This document shows, piece after piece, positions 24,301-37,619 of a stretch of DNA of 64,000 nucleotides. The stretch comes from Sphagnum compactum (taxonomy: Eukaryota): assembly GCA_965153455.1 (NCBI GenBank), contig OZ234493.1, positions 5,890,001-5,954,000 on the forward strand, in the 5' to 3' direction. The notes below the pieces were generated by a model. That model was not told the origin of the DNA, did no database searches, and saw nothing but the letters and a program-made list of their open reading frames with translations. How positions within the stretch are numbered: the stretch's first letter is position 1; the number at the start of each line of letters is the position of its first letter. The translations under genes were made by a program, and so were the position numbers.

Positions 24301-25749
24301 TGTGTTGAAAATGAAATTGATGCAGATGTTCATTCTATAATATATGTCTAATGATTAAAACATACCAAAGACTAGGTACCTTGGGCAAATTGATTATCAC
24401 ATTTAAAACAACATTTTAGTACACCAAATTTTTTGTCAAAAAACTCTATAAGTTGATTTATAAAGCCACGGAAATCTTTGGTTAATAACAACTTGATGTA
24501 CACACCTATGTATGGTTTTCATGTTTTAAGTTATTCCTAAAGCCATCATCCTTTTTTACTATTTTAATGAATGTTGAATCCATATGTGTTTCAGATCATA
24601 TCACAAGAATTTCGCACTCAAATTTGATCAAAGTTTTCATGCTTAGCATGTTAATTCCCATAATTATTAACATTCCTAAAGATGTGATTTCGTGCAACCA
24701 AATCCATTATGCTTCCATGTACAAAAAGTTCCCAATATCAACATATTCATCACTAGGAACTTCTAAATTCACTTTAAAATGGTGAGACACATTTGCACCT
24801 TCACTCAAGCAAAGTTATGTTCCTAGTCTTCTAATCATTAAAACCTCCTTAAACAATTATCTTCTTTCACTTGAATCCCTTTTATTAATTGATACTCAAC
24901 TTCCTATTTACCTTGATTTTTTAAGTCTTCTACCTTTCATTCGTCAAAAATTGCCTACCAAAAAAAACACATAAAATTAAAAATGTTTTAGTCAATTTTA
25001 TGCTTGAAGTTTTGCTTTAAAAATCAAATGTAACAATGCAAGTAATGTAGGTTTCTTGTCTTTCGAATCATCAACATGGCCCCCCTTCAACATAAAGTCT
25101 TAATGACAATCCACATGCTCAATAATTCATAACAAGACCCTAACAACTTGCATCATTCAAATTTGGGCTTCAAATACTATGTATATTCATTACCTCCATT
25201 ACCTCGGAACGCCACTAATAATCCTCTTGGCGCCAATAACTAGGGGAGGCATATGCAAGAAGCACTTCCATCCAAAAATCACCATTACCTCTTAACCATG
25301 ACGTGTTTAAACTATTTTCTTCAAATTGTCCATTTGTTATAATTGTCATCTATCAACTACATCATCTATCTTAAAGCACATATATAAGATTTGAAAATAT
25401 AATTTGTGAAAGTTCACAAATACTTATGAGTTTTTTTAATGGAAGTTCCTTGGTTTCATAGCAAGAATAAATCAAGAAACATGTTTCTTACTCATGCTGT
25501 AGGTTGCAAAATGTAAATTATATGAAAGAACCGTGGTGCTAAGGTGGAGGCACTTTACAATTTGCTTAGGGGCTTTTTCTATCTAGGGTCGTTGTGAAAA
25601 ATAATAAATTCAGATTCAGGTGTCCCTTCCATATCAATTTTCACAAGTGCTATGGCTCATGGATTTTGCCATCCTTTCAAACATACATTAAAAAACGAAA
25701 AAACCATCACACTTAGACCTAATCACATGTAGTGTCAAAAGAATCACTT

Positions 25750-26820
25750 ATTTTCACCAAAACAACTTATAGATTTCATAAATTTGTTCACTAAATTTCA
25801 CAAAACACTCACTAGATTTCACCAAAACATTCATTAGACTAAGCCCAAAAAAGTCATTAGATTTCACAAAAACATTACACCTAAATAACCATCACCCAAA
25901 AATCACACCCAAGAAATGACCATGCCCACTATTTGCAGATGTCAAATATGAGCTAGGTTCACCAAAAATGCTACCCAAAATAACCATCATGCCCATCTAT
26001 AGAGCTCTATGAATTGGGGGCACCCAAAATCACAATTGAAAAATACCATCACCGCCATTTGTAAATGTCAAATAAGAGCTAAGGGTACCAAAAAGACCAA
26101 TCACCACAATCTGCATAACTCCAATACCTAGGGGCACCAAAAAGCACACCTAAATTTGCCTTAGAACCCAAAATTTGCAAATGTCAAATAAGGGCTACGG
26201 GTGTCAAAAATACCATCATCATAATCTTACAAGATTTAGGAACTAGGGTTCACACCAAAAATCACACCAAGATGACTATTAAGACCAAAAATTTAAATTC
26301 TAAGAGTTGGGTTTACCAAAAAATCACACCAAGATAACCATGTCACTAATCAAATATGAGTAGGGTTTACCAAAATATTAACCAAATGACCATCACCACC
26401 ATGTCTAGAGAGCTCTAGGAGAGAGGTTTCTCAAAAATTGGACCAAGAGGACCATCACCATCTTTTGTTTAGGTTAATTAAGAGTTAGTCCACTAGAAAT
26501 TACACCTCAATGACCATGTAAATCATCACCATTTGCAGAGCTCTATTAGAAATGAAATCAATAATCACGCCTAGATGACCAAAATGTTAAGTACCTCAAG
26601 AATTAAGTTTACAAAAAATAAAACAAACAGGCCCATCATAAGATCTTGGAATAATGTCAAATGGGAGCTCGTTCACCAAGAATCACACCAAGATGACCAT
26701 GACCACCACTACAACCATTTGCAAATGTCAAATCAAAGCAATTCTCACCAAAAGTCACCCCTAGATCACCATCCCCACAACATCAAGTACCCAAGGAATT
26801 GGGCTTACAATAAATTGGAC
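25750..26820. repeat. Degenerate tandem array: ~21-bp units at 25750-25880, then ~55-65-bp units
   Basis: Recurrent actagatttcacaaaaca, followed by many variants of caccaaaaatcacaccaagatgaccatcaccaccatttgcaaatgtcaaatangagctaggg. Confidence 0.75.
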
Positions 26821-29696
26821 AAAGAAGGTTGTCACCAAATTAGTGCCTCGTACATTACTTTATCATACAAATGTCAATTGTTGGAATTGTTTAGATCTAG
26901 CAAGTCACACAATGGCAAGCAAAATTCTAAAGAATCAATTTCAAATTGTAAATGGGTTTTCAAATAACACCTTGGAAAATTGTTGGGCACAAATTGTTTG
27001 ACAATAAGAGATGTTCTCAAATTTCACAATCTTAAATGCATCATGGTGTCAGCCACAACCTCATACCAAACTTTTTTTACTCAAGGGTCTATGAACAAGC
27101 AAATGAGAATTATGTTCAATGATGAAAGCCTACGTGAGAGGAGGAAGTAGACTGATGCCAAGATTCTTGCATACAAGTTTATGGCTGTCGTCTATGAGTT
27201 TTGGGGTAGAAGGCTCCTCAAATACTAATGCTATTGAAGGAAGACCTTTGGATCACACAAGCCATACAACAATTAAGGTTTGGAGGATCTCACAAAGTTT
27301 AGAAACAAAATATAAAAAATGATGACAATGAAAGAAGAATGCTTGCCAAAGGGTGAGGTCTTTAATGTGACAATCATAATTATTTCAAGTTGCCTACAAG
27401 TACCATCTCTCTAGTTATGGGTTAAACTTCACTTGAAAAAATAGGTTAGAAAAGAAGCATTGTCGGATTCTTTGAACCATGTTACAATGCACTACTCATA
27501 CACACTATGGAAGACCAATGTCCTCAGAGATACTGAGTTTTGGGTTGTGATCTCTCTAAGCTCAAAATGCAACTTGAGATGCTCAAGTTGCAACTTGACT
27601 CTCGCCAAGTTGTTTAGATTCACGATCTTTGCACCAAACCTCAAAACCTCTGCTCCTACACGTTCCTCCTCAAATCTCTCTAGGAACTCTATACTTCTCT
27701 ATGCACTTGCACTCTCAAACTCAAAAGCAAAAAGAAAAACAAGAGAGACGAAAGAGCAAAAAACAAAAACAAAAAACATCTTAGATGAAAAGAATAAGAA
27801 CTTCACAAATTGAGCTATGGGTAAGCAACTCAGCATGGAACTCAATAACTAGTTTTGCATCCCATTGGGGTGCTTCATAAATTTTTCATGCCAAGTTTAG
27901 TGTTATAAGTCCAAACATGGGCTTCCAGGCCATGTTTGCCCAACTTTCCAATTAACTCTAATGTATATCCAATGCATATTTCCAGGTCCAAACTGAATTT
28001 CACACCATTTTAAGCCTAAACTTCATCCAAATTATAGTTCAAAAGTCCTTATACTATTGTGACTACTGTGGGTTGACCTGCTCTTACACAACTCAAACTT
28101 AACTTCTCCTAAGTTTACAGATTAGGAAATACTATTTGGTTATTAGTCATAAACTCTCCAGAGAAGCTTACAAATGTGATGGGTTTCTAAACTTGTAGTC
28201 AATGGGACCTTGCCACTCAAATTGATACTTGACCATTTGCTATAGATTGGTGAAATAATTACATATTTCATGTTGCTTCATGCCATAATAAGGATACAGT
28301 AAGTACAGAGCATACAGTAAGAGATTCCTGACCTTCTGACCGGCCTGAAGTAGGTTCCAGCATCCACCAGTGCAGCACCATGCAGGAAGGAACTTGTGTA
28401 GACCTGAAACACTTTTTCAACTGTATTCCTGTCCCATAGCTAACCACAACAGTTAGCTGTGTACATGACCATTTTCATCTATCCACCTATCTAGTAGCCA
28501 CCAAGTAGTGCCTTACCTACTCACCTACCTAATATAGTAACCACTTACAGTCCCTACCTACTTACCAATGATACTGACCCAAAAAAGAGAGAAAGAAAAC
28601 TGGGCTTAGTTCAGAAATAAACTCACACTTTTACAAAACCCTCCCTTGCAAAAAGATGCACATCATAGAACATGCATGACAATTCAAGGGACCCTGCTCA
28701 TCTCAAACCCTGTTCTTGCTCCTCCTAATCAGAACATCTTTGTCAACTCTCACACACATATGCACCCAACTTCAACATCCTAAAACAGAAAATCAGTTCT
28801 TTAAGGCGAGTAAAAAATCACATGTTCGAGAATTGCCAACTCGTTACATACAATGGTAGTTACAAATCTGGGTACCTACGAGATTTACTTTTAGCAGATG
28901 AGAGGAGATGCTCACTGGACAAACTGATACCCACTGAAATAAATGTACTATACAAATCAGTTGGCTAAGCTAATCCCCCCTTTCAAGTTTCAGATCGTTC
29001 CTATGGAGTACAATGCATACAGGAAATTTTCACCTATTCAAAAGACAGCAACAAACACTGATTCTAATCAAAACAACACATTCATGTTTTATAGCCTGCA
29101 AGAGAGCCCATTTTGAACCTGCTTCTCTTCTCTCCTTCTAAGTTACTGGAGATGTATAATAGCCTTAAAAGTTGCATGCCCAGTAGACAGACAGAGATGC
29201 TTGCCTTGATGCTGCCAATCCTCATGCCAAACTAAACCACAAAAGTTGAGGAAGCACCCACCACCAGCAAATTTCTGAAGAAAATGAATTTCGCTTTTGT
29301 TGAGAGAGAAAATCAAATTACCGGTGTCTTGCAATTAAGACCCTAGTTAGAACTTTGCTTAGCCATAAGATGAGTAGCTCCTAGCTTCTGTTTTCCCCCA
29401 TCCAAAAGCTTTTTGGGTGTTTGCCTTCAATGATGTAGGCCTTCAACTCAAAGGAAGGACTATGACCCTTTGAAACTAAATCAACTGCTCCTGATAAAAG
29501 AAAAGTGATGACTGGATCATCTGTGAAGGGGAGACTCATACAGGTGTACCAATCAAACGAGTAGGCAGTAAGAATCTATGCTAAACCTGACCAGATCAGA
29601 GGAACTGATGACGACCCAATTTTGTGATTTTGAACAGACTGGCATGGGATTCTCCTGATCAGTATGTGTTAGACTGGCCCCTCTCACAAAGTGCAT

Positions 29697-32389
29697 CTAG
29701 CAGAGGTCTGCTCCTTGTGGTGAAAAGTAAGCGCTTGATTCAGGGGTAGAAGATTGAGATTGAGTTGCTAACTCAGGAGGTGAGCCTATTGGAGAGGTCT
29801 GGGTGGCTGAAGAGGTAACAGGAATAGGCAAGGTATGACCAACTGCAGCCACCAGCAAAGGGGTGGTCTCTGAGTCTGCAGGTTCATCGAATTTTGTGTG
29901 AGCATCCCTCTTGCAGACAGGACAAAATGGTCGTCGTGTCATTAACCATTGATCTATACAAACCACGTGAAACTCTGCAGTGCACAAAAGCAAGCCACAT
30001 CTTGTTAGTGTTAGTGAAACCAATCCTAGATATCAGATCATGAAGACCAAAAGAGAACCCTTGAGACACTATTTGGCAAAAAATGCAAGTCCATGATTGT
30101 AAAACAAAGTCAGCAGGTGCACCAGACAAGGATAAAACCAGCTGGCTTTGCAGATATACTGAACACCCTCCTTGGGATTAAGGACCATTCGTAGGTAGGT
30201 TTTGGAGGCAGTGAGGGGGAAAAAGAGGGGGGTGGGGGGGGGTGCCAAGAGGAAAGGGAGGAGGTTACCATGGTTGCAAGGCAGAAGTCTGAGTTTCTCT
30301 CCAATCTCATAATCCTCAAGGCAGATTGCACATGTTTCCGTAGTTCCACTTCCATTGCCTGGGCCCTGGAATACTAAGGTGGGAAGGGACTTCACCTCTG
30401 TAGCACTCATCCCTGAAGGCTCCCTTGATAACAGGGGAGTGCCACCATTACGCAATCGATGGTGCCGCACAAAGAAGAATGTTGTCAACACAGCTGAAAC
30501 AGCAAGGAGGGAAATAAATGACACAGCTATAATTGACCATGCTGTGTTCTCAAAAGCTGGCTGTATAGTGCAGGTGGTATCACGATCTCCCACAACCCCT
30601 AAGAGGAACTCTCCAGATAGCCAGGAGACAAAGACAGCATAGATGTCGATTCCATCTGAACTTCCTGACACTGCAATGCCCAGCCCCAGTGATTGAAAAC
30701 AATGAGTACTTGCTAGACTGAAACCACCTTGTTTCCCTTGTGCATGGCCATTATTTCAGCTCAGACTTCAAAACTAGAGACCTATGAAGAACAACTATCT
30801 AGCTGGATAGTGCAAGAGATGTCAACAGATATCTTTCATAAGAATAGAGAAATCTCCATTCTCATGATGAAGAAAAAACAGCAAGGTTAACACTTCCTCA
30901 GGAAGCCACAGAAAGAACCAAACTAGGGAAGACAGAAAAAACAAACAAAAAACAAAAAACACACACCGGTATGAACAAAAGTGCCAGTCTCACACCTGTT
31001 CAGGAACCATCAACAGTAGCATGTATGATAGTGACTTAACTACCACAACTTCCCCACTGACTTCATCAGCTCCCTACAGTGGGTAAAGGCTGGTGACAGG
31101 CACCAACCTATGAACTGAATTTCTGCTGCAATTCTGGAAGCAACAGGAAGACTCAGCCATACTACTGGCTAGGAACAGACCACAACAACAATCACGAGAC
31201 AAAGAAACAAAGACAGAAAGGGAAAAGAAAAAATAAAAGGAAAGGACAAACCAGGAAAGACTATGAACAAGTGGGCTTACAAGAAGCTCCCCACTTACAA
31301 GACCCAAAGCAAAAGATGTGCAAGAGATGTCTACAGATACATACTTGAAAGTAGACTTATTGTGACTAAACTCAGATTGCCCATTCTTTCTTTCTAGGAA
31401 AAAAACACGTCACATCAGACTAACCCCAAGGTTTTCTCTCTTGGCTTTCAGCATTTTCAATTCTTTGATTGTGGAGGTAACTTATCAATCCTGGACTTTT
31501 TCTTTAGGATCTCAATTCCTCACAACTCCCAAGCATTGATGAGAATCTCCATTAGGGTTTCAGCAATTGCAGCAAACTATGAAGTTGAGTTCCTCAAGAG
31601 ACTGACGGAAATCACTAAGTTGCACATATTGCAGGTGATGTGCTCTCTAAAATCACATCCTTTGGACAAAAGGGAAGAAAGAGGGACTATTGGCAAAGAA
31701 AAAAAGGCAAAGGAAATGAGATAGCACTGTGCTCTTGATAGCACCTCATGACAATTCACCCCCTGCCCAATTGGCTAGAGCAAGAGACAATATAAAGAGA
31801 ACAAAAGACAACAGGGAGAGAAGACATACTAGTGACCAATTCATCAATGCCATCATCTGTGTTGAACACAATAGCAGCAGCAAACCCAGCATCTTGAGCA
31901 TTCTTGACCTTAACATCAAAGTTACAGCTCCCACGAGCTATCAAAGCAAAGGGAGCAGGTTGTGATCCCTGTGGCTGATTGGTAAGAGGTGAACAGGCAT
32001 CCAGAGGGTCAGCTGCGAAAAGTACTCCCTCCACACCTCCAGCTGGTATATGTGGTGCTGTGAACCAAAACACAACAACAGACAGGCTCTCAAGTTTTTT
32101 TCTGAGACACTCTGTTCTACTACTGCTGCTGCTACTGTCATGCAAAAAATTACAGGAAAGTAAGTGTATGTATGTATCAGGCAGAACTTGAAGAAAGGAG
32201 CAGAAGGAGCAGCCAGGGAGTGGAAAAGACAGGCGCCAGCGTACCAAAACCGGCCTCCATGTCCGGGAAAGACCTGGATTCATTGTTGCTTGTGAGAAGC
32301 AAAACGGCCGCATTCCCACCGTCGAGAAGAAGTGTGAGTAGAACCAGGGATAGACATGCCAAAGAAATCATCACCTCTCTCTGACTCAT
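29697..32389 (-). CDS. RMR: PA-TM-RING-H2 protein (receptor homology region-transmembrane-RING-H2, RMR-type vacuolar sorting receptor / E3 ligase). Exons 32389-32245, 32057-31830, 30670-30269, 29974-29697; 350 aa
   Basis: Four GT-AG exons (145+228+402+278 = 1053 nt) splice in frame. They encode a signal peptide (MSQREVMISLACLSLVLLTLLL..), a PA domain (SFPDMEAGFAPHIP...ADPLDACSPL...FALIARGSCNFDVKVKNAQDAGFAAAIVFN), a TM helix (AWSIIAVSFISLLAVSAVLTTFFFV), a RING-H2 ([30 protein letters not shown]...FCPVCK) and a Ser-rich tail. Confidence 0.95.
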
Positions 32390-33729
32390 AATCCTACTCA
32401 CCACGCCTGCTTCAACTGCCAGCGTCGGCATGCCTCAATCAGACAGACAAGCCAGACGCGCTGCCAGCCGCTCCTTGCTTGCTGCACGATCTGTGCACGA
32501 TCCTCGTCTATGGATTGTAATGCGCCTGGTCTTGTATCAGGCAACAAGAACAACATCACCTGTTGTGTCGCATATCCGATCTCTCTGTCTCGCAGCAGCA
32601 ACGGCGCATAATCCGGTGTGTGCACAGCAAATTTGGGTTACCTCGCAAAACCAAACCCCAAGAGAACAAGGAAACGCGGGTGCTGACGACGATGCGAGTC
32701 TCCTTCAAAGAAATCGGAAACAAAACAATAGCAATATATTCTCTTCTTCCTGCAAGAACTTTGCGTCCGTCCGCAGCAGCACAGCAGCACGTCGATTGTG
32801 TTTTTTCCCCCCCTCAAACTCCTCCTCTTCCGTGAAGATGGCAAACAGCTCCCCTGATCGATCCAAACAGCAACTAGTTGGAAAGAGAGAACAAAAATGC
32901 AAATAAGAACAAAAATCTCAACCGAGAAAATAGACTAGATTTCAATCTAATCTAAGCTTTGTTCTCAGGCCTTCGAAGCACCGACCGACGATGAGAGACG
33001 GAAAGAAACGGGATCTGCTTATCAAGAGGACATCAACAAAATTGCGCGAAACACGCTCACGACCGGAAATAAAATCACCGGCAAACAACAAAGATCACAC
33101 CACCACCACGAGCAACTATGAAAAGCAAAGACAATTTCTCCTCAGAAAAAAAAAACACAGTCCTACTCTGCCTTACTTCAGTTGGATCACGGGGTTCTAA
33201 ATTCTCCCACAAACAAACAAGCCAAATGTTTTTTTTTTAAATGAAAGGAAAAAAAAAGGGGGGGGGCGCGGGAGAGGGGGGGAGGAAAGAGATGAGAGAG
33301 AAGAAAATGAAAAGGCCTACACAATACAGAGGAGGATTGCGATGATGTGACGACGCAGATCGCGCCTATGGAACACGGATGATTGCAACAGCAACAGATT
33401 CCGAACCGACCTGTATGCGATCGACAAAGCACAGAACTTGCGAGCGGGGATTTGGCGAAGAAGCTGCAGCAGCAGCAGCGGAAGCAACAGAGCGCTCTCT
33501 GCGAGGGGAAATGCTTGGGACCCCCCCCGGCGGCTCTCCCCTGCAATCCCATGCACAGTCTGCAATAGGGCAACAACCACAAAGCCCCAACCGGTTGTAA
33601 CCCGTCACCACCTTCCCAAGTGGCCCCAGTGTACGTGCGCCAACAAACCAACCGGTTACCACCTTCCCACAGGGGGTAACAACTAACAACAACCCCACTG
33701 GCTATAGCCGGTGACCCGCTCCTTCCCAA

Positions 33730-34020
33730 GGGCCAGTGGTGTAACGACAGACCCTCCGGTTATATACAGGGCTAGTGGTGCGACGAAACCCCGCCGGTTA
33801 TAAACGGGGCTAGTTGTGCGACGAAACCCCGCCGGTTATAAACGGGGCTAGTGGTGCGACGAAACCCCGCCGGTTATAATTGGGGCTAGTGGTGCGACGA
33901 AACCCCGCCGGTTACAACTAAGGCTGCTGGCGTAACGACAAACCCATCGGTTATAACTTATAACCAGTGGCTCCCCTTCCCAAGGGCTAGTGGTGTAACA
34001 ATAAAGCCATCGGTTACAAA
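33730..34020. repeat. 38-bp GC-rich minisatellite upstream of the RMR gene
   Basis: Unit ggggctagtggtgcgacgaaaccccgccggttataaac. There are four near-identical copies at ~33768, 33806, 33844 and 33882, with diverged copies on both sides. No spacers. Confidence 0.92.
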
Positions 34021-36787
34021 GTTACCGTGGGAAAACATTGAAACCCTCAGTGTCTTTAACTTAGGCTCCACACTACCGTGCACTACAAAATGATAATCAA
34101 CTAATAATCAATTGATGAAAAATATGATTTTTTTAATCAAAAAATCAAAAAATCAAATGCTGTTGGCATGCAACTTGAATTGAATTCAGATTTAATTTAA
34201 TTCAATTCAATTCAATTCAATTTATTTCAAATTAATTCAATTCAACAATTGGATTAAGATTTAATTTTTAATAATAAAATACAAATTGGTGAAGAAGATA
34301 TTAAGAATTATGCTCTGTATTTGTATTTGATGTTAGAAACAAAAAAAAATTATTTTTAAAACTATGAGAAAATTCTAATTATTTGGACTTTTTTCTGAAA
34401 AGACTTTTTGCAAAATAATAATAATAATAATAATAATAATTTCTTCATCAGGTGAAAAAAGTTTAGGATGAAGCAATTTCTTCCCCCGGATTGCATTTTA
34501 AAAATTTCCATCCATTACCTTTTTCTACAAGAAAAACAAGTTGCATGGTCCGAAATTAATTAGTGAAGAGTTGTGTGTGTGAGAATAATAAAAAAACAAT
34601 TTGTCTCCCACTACACTAGACTACTCCCAAAAAGTTATGCAAGAAAATTTAATTCATTTCAATTTTAATTTTTTAAGTGCGAGGTTTTAATGTGCCACTA
34701 TGGAATAACCAAGTGGCTCCATTTCCCGAGGGGAAAAGATGTTCAATATCCTTTAATAAGTTTTATTTGAATTTTTTTTTAATAAAAAAAACCTCTTTGC
34801 ACAATTCAACGTAACAATATTGTTACAACAAAACCAAATTCTCCCCAACAAACCCACAAATAATAATAATAATAAAAAATTCAGTTCAGTTAATTATTAT
34901 TTTTGGACTCACAAATTGCCATTTACAACATTATCTTGGTTATCATATTGTATAATATAATGGGCACCATTGTTTGAGCCCACTTTCAACTTACACCATC
35001 AACATTTCCGGTTAACACCATATTCTTAACCTATACACGGTACCTATACCACCCACAATATTTTTAATGGTTTTACATGGAGTGTCCGAACATAGCAAGC
35101 CTTCATAGTCTAGCCCTAACTTTTCGGAATGTCCGGCACCCATGGGGCCTTACCCATCATAAATTGCAAGGTGAACATTATTATCATGAGCGTAAATGTG
35201 CGTCGGCACAAGGAGGCATTAGGAACTAGAGAGGCACCATACACCTACAATAGGCTTTGTTCTTTAAGAGGCATTATTAAGGTGCATAAGGTGACCTCCA
35301 AATCCACAAGAACAAATTTCCAAGCGCTTTACATACTCATGAAATGTTTTTTTAATTCATTTTAAATGATTCTATAAAACCTCATCATACATACCTACAT
35401 CAACCTCTCATCTTGCCCCCTACAACATGCATTATTTGCTCATTTGGAAATTCCCCTTGTTATGCCCATGCAAAATGCCCCAGTAATTGATGGCATCAAA
35501 TCACAACAAATGCATTTGTAAATACATATCTAAACAAATATAATGTTCCAATTGAAGATTATTTGAACCATTTTCAAACATGTTTATAATATTATGGTAA
35601 TCTATTTATGAAGGAAAGTAAGGTTTTTTTTGGGTTTGTTTGTCATGTTGAGATCTCCCAAACCATGGTGCCTCTTGTCATACTCTTGGTTAGACTACCA
35701 TTGGAAAGTGAATACAGGTACACTGGCTTGGGCCAATGGCATAGACTACATTGATCCATAATCACACCGAAATAGATGAATCAGAAAACATAGTCATGCA
35801 TCTAAACCCTATTTCACACTATATAAAAGTTATATTTCAATCCGAGTAGAGTGTGCAAATAATTTTACTGGTGTTGGTGGAGATGCTCTTAACCACAATT
35901 TAATTCATACTAGAAGGTAGTGACTCCAATGACGAGGCCTTCAAATTTCAAATTTTTGTATGCCACATTACCCTTTAATTTATTGAAACATGATCATATT
36001 TTTTGAACATGAAAAACATGGCCCAAATGACAACCTCCCCATTAGGGTGTGGTGAGCATCTTGACTGAATGATAAGCCCAAGAAAGTGAATTGATTCGAT
36101 GATACTCACAATAATGTTTAATGCCATGGAGATTATAAGGTGATAGGAAAATAATAATAATAATAATAATAATAAATTTATTTTTTTATTGACAAGGTAG
36201 TAGTTAAGAGGAAAGTATTACCCCCAAAAAAAAAAAAAAACCTTAGATTGTAATTGCAACTTGTGATCAAATATAAACATGCATAAACACAACCATTCTA
36301 AAAACTCCCTAACACAAACAATGATAGCAAAAGCATTTGAGCAAGTAAATACATATACCTTATAAATTTTCCTTCATGAAACATCAAATTTACGACTCGG
36401 ACCCTCCCTCCCCTTCAGCCCTTTTTTGGTCTTGGGATAAAAGTCTTGCAGGTTCACATCACCTACAATGGGTATTCCTAAAATTTTCAAGTATTACGAA
36501 GAAAAAAAACAAGTGTAGCATTCATCCGTGTTGTGCAAATTTGCAGGCATGAGTGAGTAGAAGCAGAATGTTGTTGTTGGCTCCGCTAAAATTAAGGGAG
36601 AGAGATGATGACTGAATGATGTAGTTTTAGTTGAGGTTCTCACATCTGGAGAAACGATCAACAAGTGTTACTGTGCAAACTGTGAGTTCATTTTCTGGGA
36701 ATCCGAGCGGAGATGCTCCAGAACAAATGTAGTTTTCATTTGGACTCACATTTTGAGGAATGTTCATCAAGTGTTAGTGTCAGGACC

Positions 36788-36820
36788 GTGAGTGAGTGAG
36801 TGAGTGAGTGAGTGAGTGAG
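36788..36820. repeat. (GTGA)n microsatellite
   Basis: About 8 perfect tetranucleotide repeats. Confidence 0.9.
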
Positions 36821-37619
36821 ATTTTTAGGCAAGAGTATGTGGTGAACAAAGCAATCCCAAGCTTTGAAGTATGTTACTAGAGCTTTTGGTTCAAGTTTGT
36901 TTTGAGACTCCCTATAATTTCACTGTTTCTGGTAATTGTGTGATGCTTTTGCTTGCGGACTGATGAAGGACTTGGGTAAGAAACTATTAACAACAACAAG
37001 AAGGAACTGAGGAGGGGAATGAATCTGAATTTAAGGAGATAACACATAGGAGTTCGAGATTTGGAGATTAGATAGCACATGACTTTGGAGATTATGTTTC
37101 AAGTTTGTTACTTCTCATTGTTTTGAAAAGTTTTTGACCGAGCAACTTTCAAGCATCAACTTAAGAGGTATGGCTTCTACACATATCTCCTCTTTCTCGT
37201 AACGAACTTGTAGGCAAGTATGATAATTGTTTCATTATGTCATGAGTTTGACTTTGATGTTTGAGCAATTGAAATTTATAAGAAAATAGAAAGCTCCCTT
37301 ATTATCTTATTGTTTGAAAATGCATGTGACCAACACACTTTTCCTTATGCCCTTGAACTTTGTGCCCAATTCGTTGTAAAAGTTTGGTTTTATTTTTTCT
37401 TATAGATTTGTTTGTCTCTTTATTTCATAGTGTTCTACATATTACATTTTTATACTTATAATCCTTAAATGCATTGGAGTGATTAATACAAAGAATAATT
37501 TGACTTAATGTTTTGTTTTTCATTTTTTCAAGTCAAAAAAATGGCAACAAATGTCATTGCATTGTTTTTTCTAAAACTTTCAACTTTTTCATTGTCTTTG
37601 GTTTTTGAATTATAGGCAC

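Noticed and set aside
22300-25400. Decayed coding-like patches
   Set aside because: Probably TE debris, but no diagnostic motif could be recovered by eye.
26575-26967. 130-aa His-rich ORF
   Set aside because: It is a translation of the degenerate tandem array.
32430-33729. Cluster of overlapping ORFs (up to 180 aa) upstream of RMR
   Set aside because: These are GC-rich leader/promoter sequences with CAG/CTG runs that stay open in several frames, with no recognisable domains.
33730-34020. 38-bp repeats as a CRISPR array
   Set aside because: The units are directly adjacent with no unique spacers, there are no cas genes, and the context is eukaryotic.
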